64,000 bases of DNA from Octopus sinensis. Taxonomy: Eukaryota. Location: assembly GCF_006345805.1 (NCBI RefSeq), contig NC_042997.1:157790001-157854000 (forward strand), given 5' to 3'. The notes under the pieces are model-generated. The model saw nothing but the letters and a program-made list of their open reading frames with translations. It made no database searches and was not told the DNA's origin. Below, piece after piece: positions 49,785 through 59,916 of the stretch (position 1 is its first letter; every line of letters starts with the position of its first letter). The translations under genes were made by a program, and so were the position numbers.

Positions 49785-51771
49785 CTTATACATGCATACA
49801 TACATATATAAATACATACATATATATACATACTTACATACATACACATTGATGTGAAAACCCGAAAAGTATTAACAAGCACACATAATTTCAATATAAT
49901 CAGTGTCGTAGACCACCTCTATTTAAAACGAAAACAATATTCCTTTGAACGTCGCACCATATCTCTTCGGCAACATCTTTTAACCACCAAGTGTCGAAGT
50001 GCATCCCTTGACCAAGTTTCCATATATGAGGCTGATAATATCATAAGACATGGAAGGCAGCTACTTGAGCAACACTCTTTGTCTGATAACCTAGAATACA
50101 TACCTAAAGAAGTTTCACGACTCTACCACAACGTATCATGAGATGAAAGGATGAGCCTATATGAGCAGAAGACTATGCATGGATATGTTAGTAGAAACCT
50201 CCGTGATGATAGCAACATCGATCATCAAAGCAGTTTATCATGGACAAAAAGCTGGATAACTACCTCCCACTTTGGAGGGTATGCGTTTGCAGTCCAGGAA
50301 GACGGAATATCAACCAAGTACCTGATGCACAAAAGGGAAAGAGATGCAGGAAGAGCAAAAAATGTGACAACCGATGCAGACTTTATGGAGTTCACACTGA
50401 AGATATCACCCAAATCATAAGCAGTTGTCCGAAAATGTCAACACGGTATAATCTAACGATGAGACATAACGTTTTTAGCTAGGACACTCTATAATTAAAT
50501 CCGTCGAAAGGATTATCCCGAGGACAAAGAAATAAGAACCCACAATATGGTAGAAGCCATAGCCACTCATAATAGAAAGGAATACTAGTGAAATGTACCA
50601 GTGAAGACCTCAATATAATGATTTGGGATAGAAAAGAGAAACTGTGCACTGTTGTGGAAATTAGCTGCCTAGCGGATGTTAACATAAAGCAGAAGATCAG
50701 TGAAAAGAGAACACCTATGCTGAAATCTGCACTTACTCTATCCAGATTACAAGCTCAGGTTTAAACCTGTAATTATTGGGGCCCTGAGATATGTAACACA
50801 CTGCCTAAATATCAATCTTGAGAAATTAGGCCTCTCAAAACCAGAAAAGAGAAAGCTAATTCGGAGACTACAGATCCAATCTATCAATGGACTGTAAAAT
50901 CTGTAAAACTTTCCAGAAGTTTATAATTTAAGTATATATGAGCATGTCCAGATATGTAACTATATGCATGAGAATATATATACATAAAACATACAAATCT
51001 GCACATACATACATAAAAACATACATACATACATACATACATACATACATACATACATACATACATACATACATGCATGCATGCATGCATACATATATGT
51101 TGATTTTGAAAAGAGTGGGACAGGTTCGGTAAGTTAGTTGTAAGGAAAAGAGGAGCATTGTGGCTTGAACGTCTTAGATCGTAGATCTGTTCTGTCGGAG
51201 CTGACCTGCTGTTGAGCAATCATAAAAATACACCACTACAACAATAACAATAACAACGACAACAATGATACGAGCAACAAAAACCTTGCAATTTTATCAT
51301 TGTCCAAACATAGTTACAAAACTCCAACACTGTAACAATAATTTCGCTTAATATGTAAGCAGGTTATTTATTTAGTCTGAATGGCAACAGAAATGTTTAC
51401 GTCTATACCGTAAGATCAAAGCAATATAATATGAAATAAAAAATTTTAATTCTTAATATACTAACCTTACAGTGCTGGACGTAGTTTTCGTCGACCCAGT
51501 GAACGAAGAAATCGGCATTTGAACAATTCCCATATGCTGAGTAACCAACTCCGAACCATTCATCTAACGTCACGACCGCCAAAAGGCGGAAGTTTACCAC
51601 ATTTCGTTTATAGTCAACGTCCCACCATAAATGGAAACGACGCTGGCTGTCCAGATAAGCATTATATTTATAATGCTGACGACCTGTGACCTTGGGAGCA
51701 GCTTTAAGAACGATTAGAAGTATGAGTAACACCTGGCAATAATGCAGCCAACTTTTTGGTCTTCTTAACAT
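17658..51771 (-). CDS. DBH: Dopamine beta-hydroxylase / tyramine beta-hydroxylase family monooxygenase; 12 coding exons, 597 aa: join(complement 51771-51466, 44041-43895, 41942-41769, 41204-41121, 39641-39462, 38005-37906, 34521-34355, 33395-33213, 32316-32257, 30258-30131, 26343-26190, 17768-17658)
   Basis: Hand-spliced ORF is open end to end with GT-AG introns and matching phases. It has an N-terminal signal/anchor and a DOMON domain. CuH ligands (LVHHIEV, LEVHY) and CuM ligands (SQLHTH, DEMC) align collinearly with human DBH as I recall it. DBH versus TBH orthology cannot be decided from sequence alone. Confidence 0.95.
19979..20198. mobile_element. Mariner-type MITE
   Basis: Inverted termini tgcgatggggtgctgaaaagttcctggcttt / aaagcgaggaacttttcggcatcccctcgta. 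Confidence 0.7.
21546..21722. mobile_element. hAT (Charlie/Buster-like) MITE with 8-bp TSD GTCTAAAG
   Basis: TIR cagtggttcccaaact / agtttgggaaccactg; identical 8-mers at 21538-21545 and 21723-21730. Confidence 0.9.
21731..22024. mobile_element. Second, older hAT-like MITE abutting the first
   Basis: Imperfect TIRs (10/14) caaaggtcggggaa / ttcgctgaccctag, flanked by gtctaaag and gtgtaaag. Confidence 0.5.
24040..24290. repeat. Foldback with 86-bp imperfect arms and internal 14-bp tandem repeats
   Basis: Arms 24040-24125 and 24205-24290; ataacggtcattgt x3 plus a partial copy at 24159-24207. Confidence 0.85.
25015..25215 (+). mobile_element. Short repeat with hammerhead-like motif (possible Penelope-derived), microsatellite-flanked; second copy at ~31350-31530
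   Basis: Shared ctgt(a/t)gaa(g/a)agcgtaggc(t/c)cgaaacgtaaaa...aatacatct...gtcttc sequence in both copies. Confidence 0.55.
25339..25499. repeat. Foldback with 68-bp arms
   Basis: Arms 25339-25406 and 25432-25499 with a few mismatches. Confidence 0.85.
26190..26343 (-). CDS. DBH: DBH/TBH coding exon 11, 1 nt + 51 aa
   Basis: gttgcag|A-WDVDKIDLSRGYRNSYNSVRWTPLTSHLLNKLYEISPLSMQCNQSDGRRFP|gtgagt; matches DBH PISMHCNKSSAVRF. Confidence 0.93.
26972..27690 (-). mobile_element. 3' fragment of RLE-type (R4/Dong-like) non-LTR retrotransposon, copy 2
   Basis: EAISTHNKKEYWRNV...RSDIMIWDREVKLCTVAEINCPADVN...EKENTYAKL...FIPVIIGALG (restriction-like endonuclease); homologous to 50540-51000; 3' UTR contains (CATA)n. 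Confidence 0.8.
28533..28945. repeat. Tandem repeat, 3 units each with an embedded variable (TA)n
   Basis: tcctgaaaatattatttatgttacgcac(g/a)cactcatt at 28533, 28736, 28876. Confidence 0.85.
29474..29705 (+). mobile_element. SINE family A, long-tail form, with probable 15-bp TSD (ggtagtaacagaggt)
   Basis: Full head ggcggcgagctggcagga...gttcaaattcc; the 15-mer occurs on both sides. Confidence 0.85.
30131..30258 (-). CDS. DBH: DBH/TBH coding exon 10 (CuM Met), 42 aa + 2 nt (not in the ORF track)
   Basis: ttttcag|GGFAITDEMCVSYLHYYPNTNLEVCKSSIETKTLNKWFEFIR-AG|gtagcc, phase 2. Confidence 0.94.
32257..32316 (-). CDS. DBH: DBH/TBH coding exon 9, 20 aa (not in the ORF track)
   Basis: cttgtag|GDSMVIECEYNTEKRPNATI|gtaagt; matches GDVLITSCTYNT. 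Confidence 0.93.
33213..33395 (-). CDS. DBH: DBH/TBH coding exon 8 (CuM HxH), 61 aa
   Basis: ctttatag|ALPDGGIYIFASQLHTHLTGKKVTIRHIRNGTELPPVNYDDHYSPHFQIIKLLPRPVHILP|gttagt. Confidence 0.96.
33600..33740. repeat. Small foldback/MITE ~200 bp upstream of the exon 8 acceptor
   Basis: ttttaaggctatctctactgatttttctatagaaa versus tttctatagaaaatctgtagagatagctttaaaaa. Confidence 0.7.
34355..34521 (-). CDS. DBH: DBH/TBH coding exon 7, 2 nt + 55 aa
   Basis: attacag|GA-VKDTSGIRFYVTPTRRKYDSGVMEIGLEYTNKMAIPPHQKSFILAGDCISECTEL|gtaagt. Confidence 0.95.
34752..35047 (+). mobile_element. tRNA-type SINE family C
   Basis: Homologous to 61205-61487; head ggaggcacatggccttgtggttagagtagcggactc. Confidence 0.8.
36960..37660 (+). 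mobile_element. Possible highly degraded Penelope-like element 3' end
   Basis: LLKTKAAFILRSNVYRHLNVG weakly resembles a GIY-YIG C-terminus and is followed by a decayed hammerhead-like skeleton (ctcgaaga ccac...gtg...cgacgtc). Weak. Confidence 0.3.
37906..38005 (-). CDS. DBH: DBH/TBH coding exon 6 (third CuH His), 33 aa + 1 nt
   Basis: ttgcag|ALHLPAEAGCAIGGNISRNILLEVHYNNPEMKH-G|gtacgt, phase 1. Confidence 0.95.
38258..39110 (+). mobile_element. Head-to-tail array of four family-A SINEs in DBH/TBH intron 5
   Basis: B-box-like g(t/c)tcaaattcc near 38330, 38515, 38766, 38969; shared linker between units. Confidence 0.85.
39462..39641 (-). CDS. DBH: DBH/TBH coding exon 5 (CuH His-His), 60 aa
   Basis: ttttcag|FESAITKGNENLVHHIEVFLC...CRHVIGAWAMGAS|gtaagt. 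Confidence 0.96.
41121..41204 (-). CDS. DBH: DBH/TBH coding exon 4, 28 aa (not in the ORF track)
   Basis: tttgccag|VTIPARETTYWWYTTKLPALPERQHIIQ|gtattg; matches DBH IPSQETTYWC...HHII. Confidence 0.92.
41769..41942 (-). CDS. DBH: DBH/TBH coding exon 3, 58 aa (not in the ORF track)
   Basis: tattttag|NGTLHVVFFIGDNTFHYPEGVNVTSLSPGLQRVLLLEADVPIPRHPKDTWTFSVLAPG|gtacgt; matches DBH GTVHLVY...GLQRVQLL. Confidence 0.92.
42583..42820. mobile_element. MITE with perfect 64-bp TIRs at a (TA)n tract
   Basis: 42583-42646 is the exact reverse complement of 42757-42820; TA at both ends (Tc1/mariner-like target). Confidence 0.85.
43116..43590 (+). mobile_element. SINE family B, uninterrupted, with internal (TA)n(TG)n
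   Basis: tRNA-like head ggcgtaggagtggctgtgtggtaag...gggttcaatccc; tail ...ccagcatggccac. Confidence 0.85.
43895..44041 (-). CDS. DBH: DBH/TBH coding exon 2 (DOMON), 49 aa
   Basis: tatacag|DAWTDSKGILHIDNQQDYKILSGQLNKHALVIEYQRAFDTCDNYDFPFD|gtaagt. Confidence 0.95.
44135..44387 (+). mobile_element. tRNA-type SINE family D
   Basis: Head ggaggcgcgtggcttagtggttagg...ttcgattcc; partial relative at ~16796-16915. Confidence 0.8.
45410..45725 (+). mobile_element. SINE family C body with an alternative 3' tail
   Basis: aaaacacctaaagctcc...acaactttctctcactct shared with family C, then a distinct tail ending gtaaccgacggagtgc. Confidence 0.7.
45830..46580 (-). mobile_element. SINE family C interrupted by a LINE fragment
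   Basis: aaagagt|acaacaggg, contiguous in the copy at ~52085, is split here by 46067-46429. Confidence 0.8.
46067..46429 (-). mobile_element. 3' end of a CR1-group LINE with (CTAA)n tail
   Basis: Minus strand DLILAHNII...LFF...RRLRGHSEKL...FSVRVADPWNKLPDEMV...FKASLD...*, typical CR1-like ORF2 C-terminus. Confidence 0.8.
47318..47734. mobile_element. MITE with 28-bp TIRs and 8-bp TSD AAAACATG (Merlin-like by GG termini and TSD length)
   Basis: ggatcttttcggtttgaacggcaattt / aaattgccgttcaaaccgataagatcc; TSD at 47310-47317 and 47735-47742. Superfamily assignment is inferred. Confidence 0.8.
49850..51105 (+). mobile_element. Degraded RLE-type (R4/Dong-like) non-LTR retrotransposon 3' portion, copy 1
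   Basis: Frameshifted HGY...FAVQE..ISTKY...CDNRCRL...EDITQIISSCPKM...RHN (CCHC knuckle region), then ...IWDRE..LCTVVEISC..DVN...VIIGAL endonuclease region; (CATA)n in 3' UTR. Confidence 0.85.
51466..51771 (-). CDS. DBH: DBH/TBH coding exon 1 (signal/anchor + DOMON start), 102 aa
   Basis: MLRRPKSWLHYCQVLLILLIVLKA...RFHLWWDVDY...NADFFVHWVDENYVQHCK; donor AAG|GTTAGT, phase 0. Confidence 0.9.
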
Positions 51772-51939
51772 CTGAAAAAGAGAAATATTTCTTTTTGAGT
51801 TTATTGTTATTTTAATTTCCGTTTTGGTATATAATAGATATACTAAAATATACCTACAATACTTACACTACTGCATTCCTTTCTTTCACATGACTTCTGT
51901 TTATTGTTTACCCTAAGAGAGAAGCTCTATCTATCTCTA

Positions 51940-52245
51940 TTCGCTCTTTTCAAGCCTAGCCAGGCTCATGGGCCCGGGTTCCCGGTTTCTGTGGCGTATG
52001 TGTTACCCCCAGCTGGACGGGACGCCAGTCCATCGCGGCGTTACTCAAGAAACAGGAAGAGAGCGTGAGAGAAAGTTGTGGCGAAAGAGTACAACAGGGG
52101 TCATTACCATCCCCTGCCGGAGCCTTGCGGAGCTTTTAGGTGTTTTCGCTCAATAAACACACACAACGCCCGGTCTGGGAATCGAAACCGCGATCCTCTG
52201 ATCGCAACTCCGCTGCCCTAACCACTGGGCCATTGGGCCTCCACA
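51940..52245 (-). mobile_element. SINE family C with family-D-type tail
   Basis: Family C head/body; tail gcgatggactggcgtcccgtccagctggggg...gggcccatgagcctggctagg shared with 44280-44370. Confidence 0.8.
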
Positions 52246-52824
52246 AGAGAGAAGCACTGCAGTTAAATAATAATTTTCCGACAAAGTAGGCCTTGTATTA
52301 GCGTTTGTTTTCTGGTGATGCTATTTCATTTATCTTGAGTTCCTTTTGAGACATAAGGTATAAATAGTTGAAAGCTGCAGGTTGTATTACCAAAGACAAC
52401 ACAACAGCTATTTGAGCCTTAATCATTCATTGCTTCATATACGGTAGCGAACTGGCACAGTTGTTGCGGCATCGGACTGAATTCCTTGTGGTATTTATTG
52501 CGACTCCTTGAGTTCAAAACTTGCTAAGAAAATAACAAATTCGGGGTGGTAGATTTGTGGAACGCCAGATCGAATGCCTATCGTTTTTTGTCTTTTTGTA
52601 TTTTGTATTTCGAGATCAAATCTCGCTATAGCCTACTTAGCTGGCAGATTAAAACCGTTACTAGGTTTAATATTATCTGATATCTTGAATATCCTTAGTG
52701 GAGAGAGTGGCTGTTGCAAGTTTTCATGTCAGATTTCTGGTTTGAGAATAAATACCCTACTTCTTTCGTCCCACCAATCTCGGTAGTCCTGTCCTGTAAT
52801 GGGTCACAATCGGTGCCTTACCTC

Positions 52825-52868
<44 letters not shown>

Positions 52869-52969
52869 GAGATAGGTAGATAAATAGATAGAAATAGATA
52901 GATAGATAGATATAGAGAGAGGCAGAGATAGGTAGATAAATACATAGAGATAGATAGATAGATAGATAG

Positions 52970-53028
<59 letters not shown>

Positions 53029-54328
53029 TAGCGCATTTAAGAACCTATAAAGGAGTGCGAAATCTTTATACGGGATGAAATAATTTCTTCAACTTAGAAT
53101 GCGACCGCTTGCAGTCATAACCTCTATTTTTATAGACTCTGTTGTAGGGCACTGCTCATGAGATTATAACGGACAAACTTTAGACAAAGACCTTCACTGC
53201 ACGCTAGCTATCGAGCTGGTCTGCAGAGAAGGGACTTTCGGTTAGGCAGTAAACGAGACTGGGGGTTTAAATGGCCAATCTTACTCTCCCTCACAGTGCA
53301 AATGATTGAAGCGGAATAAACGATACTTCGACACACTCTGGTTTCTGATTATTTTATGTATATCTTAACAAAACTATATTGCATCTTTATCTAGTCAAAA
53401 TTAATCATTGCATTTACTTTTCTTAATGGTAGTAATTCTGCTTTTCCGATCCTTGAACTTTATTTTATCGACCACGGAAATCTGACAGTTAAAGTTCCCT
53501 TCGAAGGAGTTTGAACTTAGAATTAAATGGCTATAACTAAAAACATAAGCCATTTTTACAATGCTCTACGGATCCCGCATTCCACCACTCCGATCTTTCT
53601 TGCATTTATGAAAATAATTCTCAAATCTTGCTCTCACGAGTTTTCTTTTCTGTGTAGGATTTAGTGTAAAGAAATATTTGACTAAAAAATTTGCTCGACT
53701 GTCATTGAAAACACAGGTTGAATTAATATACTATTTACATTATTTACATTTGGTGTTAACAACAAACAAGACGAGGACAAATATCCGTGAAATGTAAATA
53801 ATGTACATAATTCCTATTATTAAATATAGAACTGATTTAAAATAGATTGAAACAAAAACAAATACATTTTTAGAGGTTATTCAAAAAGTCCTTTGCACGT
53901 CAGACATAAGGTCTAAAATTTTGCGGGAGAGATCTAGTCAATTAAATTGACTCTTGTATTCAACTGGTACACACTTTTTCGACCCCGAAAGGATGTAAGT
54001 CAAAGTCGATCTCGACAAAATTTGAACTGAGAACGAAAAGACAGACGACATGTCGCTAAGCATTTTGTCCGGCATATTAGCTTATTTCTCTCCCTTCTTC
54101 CCACACGTCTTAGAGGACCTACATATAAAAGATTAATGGTACCTCAGCCCTTTCGTTTTTAGATTGAATCACAATGTAGGAAAAATATCCAAATACTATT
54201 TCTATTTATTTATTTCATAATTTAGTGAGCTGTTGGGAAATAGTAACACTAGAGATGACATATAGCAAATTAAATCGACCCAAATACACTCTAACATACA
54301 CATACAAACATTCGTGTGTGTTTGTACA

Positions 54329-54545
54329 AGGCGGCGAGCTGGCAGAATAGTTAGCACGTCAGGCGAAATGCTTAGCGGCGTTTCGTCTGCCACTGCGTTC
54401 TGAGTTCAAATTCCGCCGAGGTCGACTTTGCCTTTCATCCTTTCGAGGTCGATAAATTAAGTACCAGTTGAGTACTGGGGTCGATGAGATCGACTTACCT
54501 CTTCCTCCAAAAATTTCAGCCCTTGTGCCTATAGCAGAAAAGATT
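54329..54545 (+). mobile_element. SINE family A, short-tail form
   Basis: Complete head and core as in 38690-38900. Confidence 0.85.
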
Positions 54546-55185
54546 TGTGTGTGCTTGTATGTGCGCACGCGCACGCACGTGCAAACGCAAGAATATGTCA
54601 GAGTATCTATGTGTAGGTAAGTAGCTAACAGTGCACACGAGCATTAGTTAAAGTTCCATAGTAATGTAACCCCGTGTCTAACGACGGACATCTGATTGTT
54701 TAGACGCGTGCTAATGTGACTATGAAACTCTAATGACAGTGGAGATTATGAACGTGCGCGCGCATCCACACATACACACGTAAAAACATACACACACACG
54801 CGCGCGAACTCATACAGCACACGCCAATACATTAGCTTCAACAGTCACATAGTCACACAAAGTTTCTATCTGTGAGTCCTTTCAGGTCCTTGGTGGAGCG
54901 GTGAATTAAGGAGGGCATATTGATCCCTCGGGAAGAAGGAGTAGAGAGTGGAGTCCTGCCGCTGAGACAAAGAAACTTGGAAAGGCGACGAATCGAATGA
55001 TCAAAAACGAGGGAAAATTCAAACTTTGCTATAAGTTTCGAGTACTCTTTCTCCTCTTTCTATATCAAAACACACACACACACACACGCACACACACGCA
55101 CACATACACACACACACACACCACACACACACACACGCGCGCACACACACACGCACACACACACACACACACATACATATATATA

Positions 55186-57280
55186 TGGTGTTTGTGGTGT
55201 CGATGGTCAGAAGTGGACAGTGGAGTGGCACTGGAAGGGAAAGCCCCCGACGTTAAAAAATAAAGTGGGCTGCTATCAACATACTCTGAAAGGAGATGTC
55301 AGAAATGAGTTCGAGGGGGAGGTGCAGCGGTGGATTAAGGAGGGCATATTGATCCTCTTGGAAGAAAGAGTAGAGAGCGGAGTCCTGCCGCTGATGGCGG
55401 GGGTACAGCCCACAAAGCATAAGGTCAGGCCAGTGCTTGACTTCCGAGAGCTGAATGACCAAGTATCATGTCATGCCGGCGGCAAGGCCACGGATGTCTG
55501 CGGGTACAACTTGCGAGAGTGGAGGCAGATGACAGGGGCCTCCACGATCTTCGATTTGAAGTCGGCGTACCTGCAGGTGCATGTGGCTGAGAGACTGTGG
55601 AAGTATCAGCTTGTCAGGTATAAGGGCCGGACATACCATCTGACCAAGCTGGGGTCCGGCCTAAATTCAGCGTCAAAGATTATGGCAACAGTTCTCAGGG
55701 CCATCTTGGGAAAGGTGGACAGAGTAAAAAAGGCCACCAATTCGTACATTGATGACATTGTGGTGGATGAAACCGTAATGCCAGCAACGGAGGTCATAGG
55801 CCACCTGAAGAGTTTTGGACTGATCGCCAAGCCACCAGAGGCAATGAAAGGAGGCGCTACACAGGGCCTTAAGCTATGGAGAGACAAGGCCGGCGCGTTG
55901 GTGTTCCGGTGAGGGAACAAGATCCCCGAACTGGGCACCAGCATGAGTAGAAGGGAACTGTTCTCGGTGTGTGGGACACTACCCGATTACAGGATGGCTC
56001 CGGACAGTATGTAGCTTCATCAAAGGACGAGCCGAAGGAGTGAAGTGGAACGATAGAGTGGGGGAAAAGACGACCTACATGATACAGGAAGTCTTAGTCA
56101 GAGTGAGAGTAGAGGATCCAGTGAGGGGCAGTTGGTATGTTCCCAAATCAAAGAGCGGGATTATATGGTGTGATACCAGTAGCATCACAATTGGAGTTGT
56201 CTTGGAAGTAGGAGGCGTCGTAGTGGAAGATGCAGCCTGGCTCAGGAAGACGGATGACTGCAGCCATATCAACGTGGCGGAGTTGGATGCCGTGTTGAAG
56301 GGAGTAAACCTAGTCTTGAAGTAGGCGCTGCGCACCATAAAAATTAGGACCGATTCGGCCACTGTACTTGGTTGGGTGACAGCAGTCATCACCAATGAGC
56401 GGAGGGTGCGAACCAAAGGGGCCGCAGATATGTTGGTAAAGCGTCGATTGGGGACACTGCGAGAACTAACCGCTGAATTCGATCTAAAGCTGAGCGTGAT
56501 CTTTGTGCCTTCTGAGAAGAATAGGGCAGATGTCCTGACCAGAATAAAGCGAGCCTGGGTGCAGGTGTCAGAGGATGCGGAGTAGGCAGTGGCTGCAGTA
56601 TGCCGTCTGAGTGACTCGGAGTTGAGCAAATTACATAACATGCATCACATGGGGGTGTACAGGACATTGTTCCTAGCCAGGAAAGTCGACTCCGATGTAA
56701 CAAGACGGAGCGTGCAAATAGTGGTTAGCAGCTGTGACAGGTTCCAGTCTATCGACCCTGCTCCGGGCGTACATGAGGCGGGAAGTATTCCAGTGGACCA
56801 CGACAGGAAACGACTGGCGGTGGACATAACACACTACCGAAGAACAACGTCTCCGTCGATGGTATGCCATGCCATGTTTTAGATGTGCGGAAGATTGTCA
56901 ATGTTTCAGAGGATGGAACCAGCAGCAGTGGGCAACAAGATGAAGACAGCTGCAGTAGGCAAGATGATGAAGCCAGCAGCATGACAGGAACTCAGGCCAG
57001 TCCTGGAGTCGCACAGCGACCACAGAGGGAGCGGCACCCTCCTCCCTGGTTGGCTGATTATGAAACCAGTTAAGGTGTGAGTTCGGGAGCGAGGAGTTAG
57101 TGGGAAAGCCGGTTGAATGATCTGTAAATCAGGGGGGCCTGTGGTGTTTGTGGTGTTATGGGCTGTGATGAGCTATATAATGGTAAAAGAATTTGGGTAT
57201 CATTGTTCTAGATATTCTCTCTATAAAGACTAATGATTGTTTCCGTTTGTTAATGGTTTATCAAGGCCTGAAACACAACA
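55186..57280 (+). mobile_element. Defective Ty3/gypsy LTR retrotransposon (RT-RNaseH-integrase remnant, PPT, 3' LTR 57140-57280)
   Basis: RT KVRPVLDFRELN...DLKSAYLQ...YIDD; RNaseH DTSSITIGVVL...INVAEL...RTDS; integrase HHMG zinc-finger region and AVDITHY. In-frame stops and a frameshift. PPT aggggggcc precedes TGTGGTGTTT...AAACACAACA. Confidence 0.9.
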
Positions 57281-57780
57281 AACTAGAATAACACCATCAC
57301 CACCACCAACAATCTTGCTGGTAACAATGGCAACACCTTCCCGCTAAACTCTCTTCTGACATCTAAATATTAATAACATCATGGTTTTCTTCTAGCAATT
57401 CTAGAAACTATAACCATATAATGCCTTCATACATAAAACATTGTTTAATAACGAATATATGTTTTCTCTCTTAATATAATTAGTTCAGCAGAATTCAATT
57501 TGAATGGTGAGTCACGGAAAAACATCGCCATGCTTATTTTTTCGTTGAAATATTGGCAGTGTCGATGACTACAGCATTACCTATTTGAAATAGAGAAGTA
57601 ATATATATACACACATATATAGTATAAATATGAATATACACACATATATACATGTGCGTATGTATGTACATATGTACATACTTGGATATGCATATCTATT
57701 TATATAATATGCATACATGCATATACATGCATATACATGTATGCATATGTATATATATATGTGTATATATATATATATAT

Positions 57781-58053
57781 ATAATAGTTATCGCCATACT
57801 AATATGGCATTCTTATAAAAATAAGAAAAAAGCTGTCCGCTTATTAGCTCCATGAGGCCATCGCCTTAAGTTAGCTATTTGATACACAAACTGTATCCAT
57901 ATAAATGGATACAGTTTGTATGGATACAGTTATATGGATACAGTTTGTGTATCAAATAGCTAACTTAAGGCGATGGCCTCATGGAGCTAATAAGCGGACA
58001 GCTTTTTTCTTATTTTTATAAGAATGCCATATTAGTATGGCGATAACTATTAT
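57781..58053. repeat. Perfect foldback: 123-bp arms, 27-bp spacer
   Basis: 57781-57903 is the exact reverse complement of 57931-58053; the spacer has two more tggatacagt copies. Confidence 0.92.
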
Positions 58054-58112
58054 TTTCCGGGAACGCTGCCGCTGTTCTCTTTTAGAGAGACTTAGTTATT
58101 TTAATATTTCTA

Positions 58113-59916
58113 TTAATGCCAAATCCATGGCCGAGATACTGCAGAAACAATACTGCTCTGTTTTCAGCAATCCTGATATGGCCGATCTGGGCTGTATCAG
58201 TGATGTCAACCCCCAACACACTATATCGGACATAACGTTTAGTGCCCCTGATGTCTTAGCGGCGATAAACGAAATAAAACACAATTCAGCAGTAGGCCCC
58301 GATAGGTTCCCTGCTTGTGTCCTGAAGGTGTGTCGACACCAACTTGCATCTCCCCTTGCTAATCTGTGGAGAAACTCACTGGATGCTGGCTATATTCCAA
58401 AAAACCTTCTGTCCCAGTCTGTTGTCCCAGTTTTCAAAAAGGGAAACAAGTCCCTTGCAGTGAATTACCGTCCGATCTCACTCACCTCTCATATCATCAA
58501 GGTATTTGAGAGGGTGGTGAGATCTCGAATAACCCAATTTCTGGAAAGCAACAGACGGCTGATCTCCAACCAACATGGGTTCCGTAATGGAAGGGACTGC
58601 CTAACGCAGCTCCTGCATCACTTTGAGGACATTTTGAGAGCTTTGGGAGAGGGCTCCAACACCGATGTCATCTACCTTGATTTCAGTAAGGCCTTCGACA
58701 GGGTCGATCACAAGATCCTATTGAAAAAACTATCCAACATTGGTGTCTCTGGAAAGTTACTGAAATGGATTAAGTGTTTCCTGACAGACAGATCTCAACA
58801 TGTTGTAGTTGAAGGGGTAAAATCAAGCCCAGCCAAAGTCAGTAGTGGCGTTCCGCAAGGCACTGTGCTGGGCCCACTTCTTTTCATCATTTACATTAAT
58901 GACATTAATGACATCATCAAGCACAGCAACATAAAAATCTTTGCAGATGACTCCAAGCTACAGAAGGTCATAAATGAGGCGAGTGACCGGACATGCCTTC
59001 AGTCAGATCTACTGGCTGTTATCCAATGGGCAGAAAAAAACAATATGCTGCTGAACGAGGATAAATTTGAGCTAATCCACTTTGGAAAAGAGGATGCCCT
59101 GAAACTCCCATACTCCCTTCCTTCAGGTGAAACTCTCGCGGCGTCCAACAACATCAGAGACTTGGGAGTAATTGTGGACAACAACGTAAGCTGGGCCACT
59201 CATATAAACACCAAAGTTGACATGGCCCGCAGAATGTGTTCCTGGATTCTCAGAACTTTCCAGTCGAGAGATATCCACACCATTATCCTTCTCTTCTCCA
59301 CTTTTGCCCGACCCCACCTTGAATACTGTTGTCCACTGTGGTCTCCCCACACAATACAAGGTATCATAAAAGTTGAAGCACCTCAAAGGGCAATCACAAA
59401 AAAGATAGATGGCATGACAGGCCTCGACTATTGGGGTCGACTAGAAAAGCTAAAACTCTATTCTCTCCAACGTCGTCGTGAGCGCTACATCATCTGCATG
59501 ATGTGGAAAATATTCCATCAGCATTGCCCAAATGATGTTGGCATCACCTTTAAGGTACATCCAAGGCTTGGGCCCCGTGCCATCCGCCCAAAACAAAAAT
59601 CGCACTCTCATCTAATAACAACAATACGGCACAATTATTTCACCTCAATTGGCCCCGCTCTCTTTAACATTACACCAAAACACATTAAAACAGAAACTGA
59701 CCCTATAGGGTTCAAGAAGTCTTTGGACAGATTCCTTCAAGAAATCCCGGATAAACCCCCTACACCCGGATATGTCTCTGTAAACAATAACTCTCTACTT
59801 GAGTGGGCCATAGTGCCCAAATTCTGACTTGAAAGACTTCACCAGGTGGTGCTATTAAGTTAGACATGGCCTGGGCCAATAATGGCCGAAACCTATCAAA
59901 GTATCAAAGTATCAAA

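Noticed and set aside
51466-51471. Alternative donor T|GTAAGG five bases upstream of the chosen exon 1 donor
   Set aside because: It would be phase 1 and frameshift exon 2; AAG|GTTAGT keeps the frame
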